A stretch of DNA of 32,000 nt from Candidatus Arthromitus sp. SFB-rat-Yit (GTDB taxonomy: Bacteria > Bacillota > Clostridia > Clostridiales > Clostridiaceae): positions 1,350,001-1,382,000 of the forward strand of contig NC_016012.1 of assembly GCF_000283555.1 (NCBI RefSeq). The letters run 5' to 3'. Both the position numbers and the translations under genes were made by a program. Below are positions 19,290-28,620 of this stretch, piece by piece. The notes below the pieces were generated by a model that worked only from the letters and a program-made list of their open reading frames with translations, made no database searches and had not been told where the DNA came from. Numbering within the stretch: position 1 is the first letter of the stretch; every line of letters starts with the position of its first letter.

Positions 19290-19331
19290 AAATTAAAAGA
19301 GATGCACTTTAGCATCTCTTTTAATTTTTAT
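19286..19331. terminator. Long bidirectional terminator between the orphan gene and trxA
   Basis: The core stem is AAAAGAGATGC (19295-19305) paired with GCATCTCTTTT (19312-19322) around a 6-nt loop. A/T pairing extends the stem to 19286/19331, covering both stop codons. Confidence 0.75.
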
Positions 19332-19636
19332 CTATTTTTATTTACAAAATCACTTAGATCTTTCTTCTGCATAGCTCCAATAAATCTATCGCATACTTCC
19401 CCATCTTTAAATAAAATAACAGTTGGTATACTCATAACTTTATATGTTCTAGCACTAGTACTCTCATCAACATTCACTTTAACGCATTTTACATCGCTGA
19501 CTTCTTTAGAAAACTCTTCAAATATAGGTGCAAAGTTTTTACATGGTCCACACCAATCTGCATAAAAATCTACTAAGACAATTCCTTTGTATTCTAAAAC
19601 TTCTGTATTAAAATTTGTATCATTAACTTGAATCAT
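19328..19636 (-). CDS. trxA: Thioredoxin
   Basis: 102 aa with the WCGPC active site in a thioredoxin fold context. Confidence 0.93.
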   Translation of the reverse strand: MIQVNDTNFNTEVLEYKGIVLVDFYADWCGPCKNFAPIFEEFSKEVSDVKCVKVNVDESTSARTYKVMSIPTVILFKDGEVCDRFIGAMQKKDLSDFVNKNR

Positions 19637-19640
19637 ATTT

Positions 19641-20819
19641 TTACTCCTTAATAAAAGTTTGCTTAGCTAATATTTTACCATTCTCCATCATCTTTTTCCC
19701 ATTCGAAAAAATATATCTCAAATCGTAATCCTTATTATCTAAAAGTAGAAAATCTGCATCATTATATCTCTTTATTTCACCTTTGTGATGTATACCTAAA
19801 ATATTAGCTACATTTTTAGTTACAATAGATATTATATCACTTTTAGGTAAAAAATTGTTAATTAATAATTCTTTAATTTCTACGTATAATGATTTTGGAT
19901 TTCCTATACCAATACCTATAAAATTCCCCATTTCATCAATAATAGGGAGACTCCCCTGTGCGTCTGAAGAACATGTAATGTGAGATACTGGTACACCACT
20001 TGATATAATATGTGGTAATATATTACTTACTCTAAGTTCCTCTTCGTCTTTTAAACCTTTTACATAGCTACTAGTTAAATCAAAATATCCACCTTTTATT
20101 CCATATTCAATCGCACTGTTTAAAAGTTTTTTATTTCTATTAACATGCGTTGGCATAACTTGATCTAAAGATATATCTTTATCTATACATAGATCAAATA
20201 AATATTTTAAACCCTCCTCAGAATCTCCTATGTGTATATGAACAATCCCTTTCTTACCAGACAATAATCCCCCAACTTTCGCATCATGAACAATCTTAAT
20301 AAATTCCTCAAAACTCGGTTTAGAAGATCTATAATCTGATAAAGCAATCTCACCAACTCCAATTACTTTAGGAATTATCATTAGATCACTTTTTATACTG
20401 TTTGTTATGGTCTTAACTGGTATTTCATAAGATCCTGTATAAATGTATGAACTTATCCCTTCTTCTTCAAGTCCATATGCCTTAGCAATTAAATTATTCA
20501 TATTCCTACAAATACTATCTGTTCCCAAACATCCAACAACTGTGGTAATACCTGCAGATATTAAATCTATAAAGTCAATCTCAGGAGTTCTAGTTTTAAA
20601 ACCAGCTTCTCCTCCTCCACCTGATATATGAACATGTGAATCTATAAATCCTGGAATCATGATCATTCCACTACCATCAATTATTTCATATTCAGTAAAA
20701 CAATTAACATATTCAAACTTATCGTATATACCTTCTATTTTATTAAATAAAATAACAACATCTTTTTTCCCAATATAATCTGGAGAATATAATTCTACAT
20801 TTTTTACTATTGTTACAAT
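19641..20819 (-). CDS. iadA: Isoaspartyl dipeptidase (amidohydrolase family). The 5' end is extended beyond the track ORF.
   Basis: The motif is PGFIDSHVHISGGGGEAGFKTRTPE. The frame stays open upstream of the track start (20666). That extension encodes TIVKNVELYSPDYIGKKDVVILFNKIEG..., which looks like a normal IadA N-terminus. GGGGGGAG lies at 20826-20833. No in-frame ATG, GTG or TTG is present, and the best candidate start is ATT at 20819. Confidence 0.8.
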   Translation of the reverse strand: MVTIVKNVELYSPDYIGKKDVVILFNKIEGIYDKFEYVNCFTEYEIIDGSGMIMIPGFIDSHVHISGGGGEAGFKTRTPEIDFIDLISAGITTVVGCLGTDSICRNMNNLIAKAYGLEEEGISSYIYTGSYEIPVKTITNSIKSDLMIIPKVIGVGEIALSDYRSSKPSFEEFIKIVHDAKVGGLLSGKKGIVHIHIGDSEEGLKYLFDLCIDKDISLDQVMPTHVNRNKKLLNSAIEYGIKGGYFDLTSSYVKGLKDEEELRVSNILPHIISSGVPVSHITCSSDAQGSLPIIDEMGNFIGIGIGNPKSLYVEIKELLINNFLPKSDIISIVTKNVANILGIHHKGEIKRYNDADFLLLDNKDYDLRYIFSNGKKMMENGKILAKQTFIKE

Positions 20820-20848
20820 CGTAATCTCCCCCCACCGAAAACTAAATA

Positions 20849-22474
20849 TTATTTTTTATTTAATATATCTAATATCTGCTTTTTAGCTGACAAAATAGAT
20901 ATTGCAGACATAGAAAATTCATCTAATCCATATTCCAATAACTTTGGAATAGCCTCTTCATCTCCAGCCATCTCTCCACACATTCCTACCCATTTACCTT
21001 CAGCATGTGCTCCGTCTATAGTCATCTTTATAAGAGATAATACTGATGGATTCATTGGATTGTACAAATATGATACTTTTTCATTCATCCTATCACACGC
21101 AAGTGTATATTGTATTAAATCATTTGTCCCAATAGAAAAAAAGTCAACTTCCTTCGCAAATTCCCTAGCAGAAACTGCTGTAGAAGGTATTTCAACCATG
21201 ATTCCAACCTCAATTGAATCACTAACATCATATTTCTCATCAATAAGCTCACATTTACATTCCTCTAAGATTTTCTTACACTGTCTAAACTCTTCAATAC
21301 ATGAAATCATAGGAAACATAATCTTAAGATTACCATAAATAGATGCTCTCAAAAGTGCTCTTAACTGTATTTTAAATATATCAACCCTATCTAAGCAAAG
21401 TCTTACCGCTCTATATCCTAGAAATGGGTTCATCTCTTCTCCAACATTTAAGTATTCAAGCTTCTTATCTCCTCCTATATCAAGTGTTCTTATAACAACT
21501 GGTTTATCTCCCATTTTTTCAAGAACTGCTTTATAGGAATTAAATTGCTCTTCCTCAGTTGGCATAGAACTTCTATGCATATACAAAAACTCAGTTCTAA
21601 ATAATCCTACACCATCAGCTCCATTTTCAATTACTTGCTCTACATCCTCAACAGATCCAATATTTCCACATATTTCAATATGTCTTTTGTTAGAATCATA
21701 TATTTTAACATCTTTTAATTCTTTTAATTTCTCTTTCTCTTCTTCATAAAGTTTTATCTTAGATTTAAATTCATCAATTTCAATATCGCTCGGGTTTAAA
21801 ATTACATTACCATTAACTCCATCAACTAAAAGCACATCTCCATCTTTAACAGTTTCAGTTATATCCACCATTCCAACAATTGCAGGTATTTCCATACTTC
21901 GTGCCATTATAACAGAATGTGAAGTTCTTCCTCCAATATTAGTTAAAAAGGCACACACTTTTGATTTATCTAATTGAGCAGTATCAGATGGTGTTAAATC
22001 ATTAGCAACAACTATAGTATTGGGTTCACTAATATTTACATCATTATTAATCCCTAATAAATTTCTAATTATCCTATCTCCAACATCTTTAATATCTGCC
22101 GCACGCTCTCTCATATATTCATCATCAATACTTAACATTATAGATACCAGTTCGTTTCTAACTTCATCTATAGCATAATCTGAATTTACAGAATTACTTC
22201 TTATAATTTCCTTTGCTTTATCTATAAATTCTGGATCATCAAGTATCATTTGATGGCTTTCGAATACTAAAGATTCTTCCTTACCTACTTCAATTTCAGT
22301 TATTTTTCTTAGATTTTCCAATTGATCTCTAGTTTTATTTAAAGAATCATTTAATTTTTTTATTTCACTTTCTACATCACTAATTTTTAATTTATTAATT
22401 TTTATTTCTATATCTTTTTTTATAAATGCTTTCCCTATAGCATACCCCTTAGAAGCAGCAATTCCCTTCATCAT
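20849..22474 (-). CDS. ptsI: Phosphoenolpyruvate-protein phosphotransferase (PTS enzyme I)
   Basis: 541 aa. The phospho-His context is GGRTSHSVIMARS. The PEP-utilising C-terminal domain contains GMCGEMAGD. Confidence 0.95.
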   Translation of the reverse strand: MMKGIAASKGYAIGKAFIKKDIEIKINKLKISDVESEIKKLNDSLNKTRDQLENLRKITEIEVGKEESLVFESHQMILDDPEFIDKAKEIIRSNSVNSDYAIDEVRNELVSIMLSIDDEYMRERAADIKDVGDRIIRNLLGINNDVNISEPNTIVVANDLTPSDTAQLDKSKVCAFLTNIGGRTSHSVIMARSMEIPAIVGMVDITETVKDGDVLLVDGVNGNVILNPSDIEIDEFKSKIKLYEEEKEKLKELKDVKIYDSNKRHIEICGNIGSVEDVEQVIENGADGVGLFRTEFLYMHRSSMPTEEEQFNSYKAVLEKMGDKPVVIRTLDIGGDKKLEYLNVGEEMNPFLGYRAVRLCLDRVDIFKIQLRALLRASIYGNLKIMFPMISCIEEFRQCKKILEECKCELIDEKYDVSDSIEVGIMVEIPSTAVSAREFAKEVDFFSIGTNDLIQYTLACDRMNEKVSYLYNPMNPSVLSLIKMTIDGAHAEGKWVGMCGEMAGDEEAIPKLLEYGLDEFSMSAISILSAKKQILDILNKK

Positions 22475-22660
22475 AATAAAGCATTCCTCCCATAAAATAC
22501 ATAAAAAAATAAATTATAATAAAATTTTATGATTATAATTTATCTCTACATTTATAATAAATATACTAAAGTAATAAATATACATATAACTCTTTTTACA
22601 CTAATAAGTGTAAAACTTTTCTTAAATATATTCAAGCATATTTATTATAAATATTAAACT

Positions 22661-23173
22661 CTATATTATTGAAAAAAAGTATTTCCTAATCTCTGAATAT
22701 TTGCTACTTAAAAATTTTACTATTTTATCTCTACTATGTTTTTTATTTATATCACAATTAATATATTCTTCATTATGACATATAGGACAAACCCTATAAT
22801 CTGAATTTGCCTCACTTCTTTTAATAAATCTATTTTCAACTTTATCGTATACCATAAAAACTCCAAGCATACCTAATTCATCTTCGTCTTCAAGTACAGA
22901 CATATCATGTTTTAAGCTAAATGAATCTTTATTTATGACAACAAATGTTATAGGACCATCATCATCACTCATAATCATTTTAAAAGTCATATCATTACCA
23001 TAAAGTGATTCAAGTTTATCAATAATTAAATTTAATATTGAAAGAGATATCTCTGCTTTTTTAATTTCTTTATAATAAATGGGTCTTATTATTAAAATGT
23101 TACCTTCAGACTTTGCAAGTAAATTATCAATAAATACGCTAGATTGTATTTTGCCTTTAAAATTGAATATCAA
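22661..23173 (-). CDS. Hypothetical protein, translationally coupled to cwlD
   Basis: 170-aa ORF with a TTG start 9 nt after the GGGAGG that lies in the last codons of cwlD. It has an acidic central segment and a C-terminal CPICH...C motif. I recognise no family. Confidence 0.6.
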   Translation of the reverse strand: MIFNFKGKIQSSVFIDNLLAKSEGNILIIRPIYYKEIKKAEISLSILNLIIDKLESLYGNDMTFKMIMSDDDGPITFVVINKDSFSLKHDMSVLEDEDELGMLGVFMVYDKVENRFIKRSEANSDYRVCPICHNEEYINCDINKKHSRDKIVKFLSSKYSEIRKYFFSII

Positions 23174-23179
23174 TATTTA

Positions 23180-23860
23180 TTACCTCCCATTAAAATAATC
23201 ATCAATAGCTCTTCCTAAAGAATTACAAAATTCATATTGATATGATTCATCTTTTAATTTATGTTCTTCTTCATCATTTGAAATAAATCCACATTCAACT
23301 ATGACTGATGCTTCTTCATATCCATCTCTTAAAATCACATAATCATTTTTAACTCCCTTTGGTTTTCTATTATATTTTTGATTTAAAACCTGTTCAAATT
23401 GTTTATGCATATTCTCAGCTAATTTTTTACTTTTCTCACTATAAAATGGATACCATACTTGTGAACCTTTAACTGAATTATCTGGAAACTTATTCATGTG
23501 AATACTTACGAATACATCACAGGAAACTTCCCTCTTCATACTACATCTTTTATTTAAATCATCTCTCTTTTGTTGCTTAATACTTCCCCCATTTGATAAA
23601 GAAATATCCGATTCTCTAGTCATAAAAACTTTATATCCCTTATTTTCTAATACTTCTCTTAATTTCATAGAAATTTCCAGATTTAAATTTTTCTCCAAAA
23701 TATTATTTTTTGAAACAGCCCCGCCATCTATTCCCCCATGTCCTGGATCTATTAATATAATCTTATTTATATTAGATATATGTGCATTTGCATTAATACA
23801 AAAACATAAAAACATAAAAATGCAAATAAAAAAAATTTTACATAAATTATATATTTTCAT
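23180..23860 (-). CDS. cwlD: N-acetylmuramoyl-L-alanine amidase CwlD (germination-specific, Amidase_3)
   Basis: It has an N-terminal anchor and the motifs IDPGHGGIDGGA, FVSIHMN and ECGFISN. The position just downstream of rplM-rpsI matches other Firmicutes. Confidence 0.85.
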   Translation of the reverse strand: MKIYNLCKIFFICIFMFLCFCINANAHISNINKIILIDPGHGGIDGGAVSKNNILEKNLNLEISMKLREVLENKGYKVFMTRESDISLSNGGSIKQQKRDDLNKRCSMKREVSCDVFVSIHMNKFPDNSVKGSQVWYPFYSEKSKKLAENMHKQFEQVLNQKYNRKPKGVKNDYVILRDGYEEASVIVECGFISNDEEEHKLKDESYQYEFCNSLGRAIDDYFNGR

Positions 23861-23929
23861 TTTATAAAACTCCCTTATATAATCTAATCTTAATTTTTAT
23901 AATTAACATTTTTAATTATTTTTATGTAA

Positions 23930-23974
23930 AATAAAATAAAGTCCAAACAAAATTTGTTTGGACTTTATTTTATT
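23930..23974 (-). terminator. rpsI terminator: long perfect hairpin
   Basis: AAATAAAATAAAGTCCAAACAA pairs perfectly with its complement TTGTTTGGACTTTATTTTATTT around a 3-nt loop. The hairpin begins 10 nt after the rpsI stop codon. Confidence 0.75.
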
Positions 23975-23984
23975 AAAACTTATA

Positions 23985-24377
23985 TTATCTCTTAGAAAAT
24001 TGAGGAGCTCTCCTAGCTTTCTTCAATCCATATTTCTTTCTTTCTTTCATCCTTGAATCTCTTGTTAAAAATCCTTCTTTTTTAAGGATTGGTCTTAAAT
24101 TCTCATCAACTTTAAGCAGAGCTCTTGATATTCCATGTCTTATAGCTCCTGCCTGACCTGTAAGACCTCCACCATGAACATTTACCTTAACATCATAACT
24201 TGACAAAGTATTTGTCAAAACAAGTGGTTGATTAACTATATATTTTAAGGTATCTAACCCAAAATAATCATCCATATTTCTCTTATTTATTACAACATTG
24301 CCATTTCCAGGAATTAAAAATACCCTAGCAACAGATTTCTTTCTTCTTCCTGTTCCCATATATTGAATTTTACTCAT
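23985..24377 (-). CDS. rpsI: 30S ribosomal protein S9
   Basis: 130 aa with [19 protein letters not shown] and a C-terminal [12 protein letters not shown]. Confidence 0.97.
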   Translation of the reverse strand: MSKIQYMGTGRRKKSVARVFLIPGNGNVVINKRNMDDYFGLDTLKYIVNQPLVLTNTLSSYDVKVNVHGGGLTGQAGAIRHGISRALLKVDENLRPILKKEGFLTRDSRMKERKKYGLKKARRAPQFSKR

Positions 24378-24397
24378 ACACTAATCCTCCTCTCAAA

Positions 24398-24832
24398 TTA
24401 ATACTTTAATTCTAATTTTATCGGATTTTGAGCTTGATGATTATGATCATTGCCTCTGTATATTTTAAGTTTCTTAATTTGACGTCTTGCAAGAGGACCA
24501 CTTGGCAACATCCTTCTTACAGCTTCATAAAATAAAAACTCAGGTTTCTTATCTAAAAGCTTACTATACACAATTTCCTTACGTCCACCTGGATAACCTG
24601 TATGATAACTATAAGTTTTTTGAGTTGATTTTTTACCAGTTAAAACAATTTTATCTGCATTTAATACTATTACAAAATCTCCTAGATCCATATTAGGTGT
24701 AAATTCTGGTTTATGTTTTCCTCTTAATATAGAAGCTATTTGACTTGCTGCTCTTCCTAAAACCATTCCTTCTACATCAACCACATACCATCGTCTCTGA
24801 ATATCATTCTCTTTTGGTAAATACGACTTCAT
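24398..24832 (-). CDS. rplM: 50S ribosomal protein L13
   Basis: 144 aa. RRWYVVD...[23 protein letters not shown] is typical of L13. AGGAGGA lies upstream. Confidence 0.97.
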   Translation of the reverse strand: MKSYLPKENDIQRRWYVVDVEGMVLGRAASQIASILRGKHKPEFTPNMDLGDFVIVLNADKIVLTGKKSTQKTYSYHTGYPGGRKEIVYSKLLDKKPEFLFYEAVRRMLPSGPLARRQIKKLKIYRGNDHNHQAQNPIKLELKY

Positions 24833-24862
24833 AATATCCTCCTATAAAAAGTAATACTTTAT

Positions 24863-24889
24863 TTATAAAAAATCCGGGGCAGTGGATTT
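24863..24889 (-). terminator. Short hairpin plus U-run between truA and rplM. It could be the truA terminator or an rplM leader attenuator.
   Basis: The minus strand reads AAATCC-ACTGCCCC-GGATTT followed by TTTTTAT, about 20 nt upstream of the rplM SD. The stem is only 6 bp. Confidence 0.35.
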
Positions 24890-24949
24890 ATTTTTCTAAT
24901 AAATACATAACATTATCATTATAATAAAATTTACTTAGTATGTCAATTA

Positions 24950-25690
24950 TCATATATCATAAAAAACTTTTTTCAGACATAATCCCTTCGCTTCACTAAT
25001 AAAACCCGCATTTTTTCTATTTTTAGATCCTATTATATGTTCAATATCATAAGGTTTAATTTTACCCTGACCTACCATTATCAAAGTACCCACCATTATC
25101 CTAACCATATTATATAAAAAACCATTTCCTAAAACCCTATAAGTTATAATATTATTATTTTTATAAATATTACTTTTAAAAATTATTCTAGTTGTATTTT
25201 CTCTTGGAGAATTACTGCTCATAAACGCTCTAAAATCATGTTCTCCTTCAAAATACTTACATGACTCATTCATAGAATTAAAATCTAATTCATATCTAAA
25301 ATGCATATAAGTTTGATATTTAAATGGACTCATAATATCTCCATTAAATATTTTATATTCATATTCTTTTTTCAAAGCGCCATATCTTGCGTGAAAATTT
25401 TCATTTACATAAAATACATCTATAACTCTTATATCATAAGGAAGATAAGTATTTAATGCATTTTTCATATTCAAACAGCTTACATTAAAATCATCTAAAT
25501 GAAAATTTAAATAAAATTCCTCAGCGTGAACACCTGCATCAGTTCTACTACATCCTATAGTTCTTATTTTTATATTAAACACTTTCAAAAAAATATCTTC
25601 TATCGTTCCCTGTATACTTATCTTTTCTTTCTGCCTTTGAAACCCATAATAATTGGTTCCCAAGTAACATATTTTAAAACAAATATTCAC
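24950..25690 (-). CDS. truA: tRNA pseudouridine(38-40) synthase
   Basis: 246 aa. The catalytic-Asp motif is SRTDAGVHA and the N-terminus is YLGTNYYGFQRQ. Confidence 0.93.
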   Translation of the reverse strand: MNICFKICYLGTNYYGFQRQKEKISIQGTIEDIFLKVFNIKIRTIGCSRTDAGVHAEEFYLNFHLDDFNVSCLNMKNALNTYLPYDIRVIDVFYVNENFHARYGALKKEYEYKIFNGDIMSPFKYQTYMHFRYELDFNSMNESCKYFEGEHDFRAFMSSNSPRENTTRIIFKSNIYKNNNIITYRVLGNGFLYNMVRIMVGTLIMVGQGKIKPYDIEHIIGSKNRKNAGFISEAKGLCLKKVFYDI

Positions 25691-25701
25691 CTTTATATCA
25701 C

Positions 25702-26493
25702 CTATAAAAAATAAATAAAAATAACAAACAATACAAATAAAATTGAACTTATATAATCTTTAATATTTAATTTTAAAATTTTAAATTTAAACCTATTCTC
25801 ACTTCCGTTATAACACCTAGACTCCATAGCAATAGCAAGCTCATCGGCCCTTCTAAATGAATTTATAAACAATGGTATTAAAATAGGAACTATATTTTTA
25901 ACCCTTTTTATAATACTTCCATGCTCAAAATCAACTCCCCTTGATTTTTGAGCTTTAATAATCTTATCTGTTTCATTTAAAAGTATTGGTATAAACCTTA
26001 AAGAAATACCCATCATTAAAGAGATTTCACTAATTGGAATATTAAATTTACGTAAAGGATACATCATAGATTCAAACCCATCGGTTAATTCAACTGGTGA
26101 TGTTGTTAATATTAAAATAGTAGATCCTAATATCAAAAATATTACTCTAAGACTTATAAGTATCGAAGTTATTATCGCATTATCATATATAGTTAAAAAT
26201 CCCAATTTAAAAATTAAATTTCCATCTTTAATAAAAAATATATTAAAAAATGCAGTGAATATTATAAATAAACTCACTGTCTTTATAGAATTCAAAACAT
26301 AATAAAATTTAATCTTTGCACACAATGTAATCAAAAATATCATAACTAAATAAAATATATACTTAAATATATTATCAACTAGAAAAATACCAATAATATA
26401 CACAATATTTAATATTATCTTAATTCTTGGATCTAACTTATGTATAAATGAATCAATTTTTAAATATTGACCAAGTGTAATACTTCCAATCAT
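25702..26493 (-). CDS. ecfT: ECF transporter transmembrane (T) component
   Basis: 263-aa polytopic protein with the coupling-helix region RRADELAIAMESRCY. It follows the two ecfA genes directly. Confidence 0.9.
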   Translation of the reverse strand: MIGSITLGQYLKIDSFIHKLDPRIKIILNIVYIIGIFLVDNIFKYIFYLVMIFLITLCAKIKFYYVLNSIKTVSLFIIFTAFFNIFFIKDGNLIFKLGFLTIYDNAIITSILISLRVIFLILGSTILILTTSPVELTDGFESMMYPLRKFNIPISEISLMMGISLRFIPILLNETDKIIKAQKSRGVDFEHGSIIKRVKNIVPILIPLFINSFRRADELAIAMESRCYNGSENRFKFKILKLNIKDYISSILFVLFVIFIYFL

Positions 26494-27353
26494 TACTTAC
26501 TCCTTTTAGATAAATAATTACAAATTAAATTTTCCATATTATTTATATCCCTTGGACACTCTCCAATATCAAATCCATTTTCTTTAAGTTTTAAAAACAA
26601 TCTTATCAAATATGGCTTATCAATATTATACTTATTACATAAATCTAAATTAGTAAAAATATCATATGGATCACCAAATTCTACTATCCTTCCTTTATCT
26701 AATATCATAACCTTATTAGAGATGCTAAAAACTAAATCCATAATATGTGTAACCATTATAATTGTCTTATTAAACTGTTTATTTAAATTTTTAATAATCA
26801 ACTCAAACTCTTCACAACTCTTAGGATCAAGACCAACAGTAGGTTCATCTAATATTATATAACTTGGATTCAATACAAGTATAGATGCAAGCGATACCTT
26901 TCTTTTTTCCCCACCACTTATATCAAATGGATTTTTATCTCTATACTTATCAAAATCAAGAAATACCATATCCATAGCCTTTCTTACCTTGCTTTCAATT
27001 AATTCTTCATCTTCCCCTCTAATCTTAAGTGAAAAAGCAATATCCTTATATATTGTATCTTCAAAAAATTGATATTCTGGATATTGAAAAGCAAATCCAA
27101 ATTTCCTTCTTATATCAGTTTTATTTACTTTATTTTTATTTACATTTACCGAGTCTATTATTATATCTCCTTCAAATCCATTAAGTAATAAATTCATAAG
27201 CTGAATTAATGTAGACTTTCCACTCCCAGTATGTCCAATAATAGAAATAAAATCTCCAGTATTAATTTTAAAATTAATATTATGTAGTACTTTCTTCTCA
27301 AAAGGGGTTTTCTTAAAATATGTGTAACCTACCTCTTTAAATTCAATTGACAT
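26493..27353 (-). CDS. ecfA2: ECF transporter ATPase component A2
   Basis: ABC ATPase with Walker A GHTGSGKST, signature SGGEKRKV and Walker B ILDEPT. Confidence 0.9.
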   Translation of the reverse strand: MSIEFKEVGYTYFKKTPFEKKVLHNINFKINTGDFISIIGHTGSGKSTLIQLMNLLLNGFEGDIIIDSVNVNKNKVNKTDIRRKFGFAFQYPEYQFFEDTIYKDIAFSLKIRGEDEELIESKVRKAMDMVFLDFDKYRDKNPFDISGGEKRKVSLASILVLNPSYIILDEPTVGLDPKSCEEFELIIKNLNKQFNKTIIMVTHIMDLVFSISNKVMILDKGRIVEFGDPYDIFTNLDLCNKYNIDKPYLIRLFLKLKENGFDIGECPRDINNMENLICNYLSKRSK

Positions 27354-28168
27354 AATAAATTTACAAGCTCCTCTAACTCAAATATATATTTATTATTATG
27401 AAAACCATATTTTATTAAAGCATTTGAAATTCTACATGAATATGTAGTTATAAGCTTATTTTTATATAAGAACTCTTCATCAAATAAAATATCTCTCGGC
27501 ACTCCATCATACTCAATAACTCCATCCGTCAAAATTATACTCCTATCACATATCAAACATTCATCAATAAAATGCGTTATTAATATAACTGTTATACCAT
27601 GGTTCTTATTTAAATCTATTAATATATTTAATATTTCTTGTTTGCCTAATGGATCTAACATAGATGTAGATTCATCGAAAATAATATAATCTGGTTTCAT
27701 AGCTAAAATACCTGCAATAGATACTCTCTGTTTTTGACCACCAGATAACATATTTGTATTGTGATATCTATACCCAAACATATTTACTTTTTTTAAAGCA
27801 TTGTTAACCCTATTTTCTATCTCATCTCTATCTTTTAATATATTTTCAAGTCCAAATACCACATCATCCATAACTATAGTTGAAACAATCTGATTATCTG
27901 GATTTTGAAAAACTATACACACCTTCTTTCTAATATCTAAAATATTTTCTTTATTTTTAACGCTAAGTGAATCAACGTATATTTCTCCATACTTCAATTC
28001 ATAAATTCCATTAATTAATTTGGATAATGTAGATTTACCTGATCCATTTCCCCCTATAATACATATAAATTCACCTTTATTTATATTAATACTTATATCT
28101 TTCAATATAAAATCACTTAAATCATTATATTTAAATGAAACATTTTTAATGTTTATACAATTATTCAT
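27329..28168 (-). CDS. ecfA1: ECF transporter ATPase component A1
   Basis: It has Walker A GGNGSGKST, signature SGGQKQRV and Walker B IFDEST. The track start is TTG 28183, but the ATG at 28168 follows GGAAGG at normal spacing (MNNCINIKNVSFKY). Confidence 0.9.
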   Translation of the reverse strand: MNNCINIKNVSFKYNDLSDFILKDISININKGEFICIIGGNGSGKSTLSKLINGIYELKYGEIYVDSLSVKNKENILDIRKKVCIVFQNPDNQIVSTIVMDDVVFGLENILKDRDEIENRVNNALKKVNMFGYRYHNTNMLSGGQKQRVSIAGILAMKPDYIIFDESTSMLDPLGKQEILNILIDLNKNHGITVILITHFIDECLICDRSIILTDGVIEYDGVPRDILFDEEFLYKNKLITTYSCRISNALIKYGFHNNKYIFELEELVNLLCQLNLKR

Positions 28169-28214
28169 AAAAGTACCTTCCAAATTAATATATAAATTAT
28201 ACCAAAATTACTAT

Positions 28215-28253
28215 AAAAAAAGAGAAATTAAGATATCACATTCCTAATTCCTC
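28215..28253 (-). terminator. rplQ terminator
   Basis: The minus-strand stem is GAGGAATTAGG / CTTAATTTCTC (11 bp including 2 G-U pairs) with a 10-nt loop. Seven U residues follow (A-run 28215-28221 on the plus strand). Confidence 0.65.
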
Positions 28254-28264
28254 AATAAAAGATA

Positions 28265-28606
28265 TTATACAAGTTCTAAGATAGCCATTTCTGATCCATC
28301 ACCTTTTCTTGCTCCAAGTTTTACTACTCTAGTGTATCCACCATTTCTCTCTTGATACTTAGGTGCAACTTCTGAGAACAAAACACTAACCACTTCTTTT
28401 TCTTTAACTATAGAAAGAATTTGTCTTCTTGCGTGTAAATCCCCTTTTTTAGCAAGAGTTATCATCTTTTCAGCTAAACTCTGAGTTTCCTTAGCTCTAC
28501 CAAGTGTAGTAGTTATCTTACCATGCTTCAAAAAGCTAGTAACTAAATTTTTAATCATAGCAATTCTTTGATTTGTTGGTCTGCCTAGTTTTCTTTGCCA
28601 AGCCAT
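28265..28606 (-). CDS. rplQ: 50S ribosomal protein L17
   Basis: 113 aa with LGRPTNQR...[16 protein letters not shown]. Confidence 0.97.
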   Translation of the reverse strand: MAWQRKLGRPTNQRIAMIKNLVTSFLKHGKITTTLGRAKETQSLAEKMITLAKKGDLHARRQILSIVKEKEVVSVLFSEVAPKYQERNGGYTRVVKLGARKGDGSEMAILELV

Positions 28607-28620
28607 TTTAACACCTCCTA

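Noticed and set aside
19302-21338. Plus-strand ORFs 19302-19565, 20443-20631 and 21060-21338.
   Set aside because: They lie antisense to trxA, iadA and ptsI respectively. The opposite-strand genes have unmistakable family motifs.
20849-22474. ptsI without an adjacent ptsH.
   Set aside because: Unlinked ptsH and ptsI genes are common in Clostridia, and the window gives no evidence of loss or rearrangement.
22594-22615. The hairpin TTTTACAC-TAATAA-GTGTAAAA downstream of the 170-aa orphan gene, considered as its terminator.
   Set aside because: It is an 8-bp A/T-rich stem. In the gene's transcription direction (minus strand) no U-tract follows it. The only T-rich tail is on the plus strand, which has no upstream gene. 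This is too weak to call.
25702-28183. An ABC-type transporter module embedded between ribosomal-protein operons, considered as a possible insertion or island.
   Set aside because: rplQ-ecfA1-ecfA2-ecfT-truA-rplM-rpsI is the standard conserved arrangement in Firmicutes.
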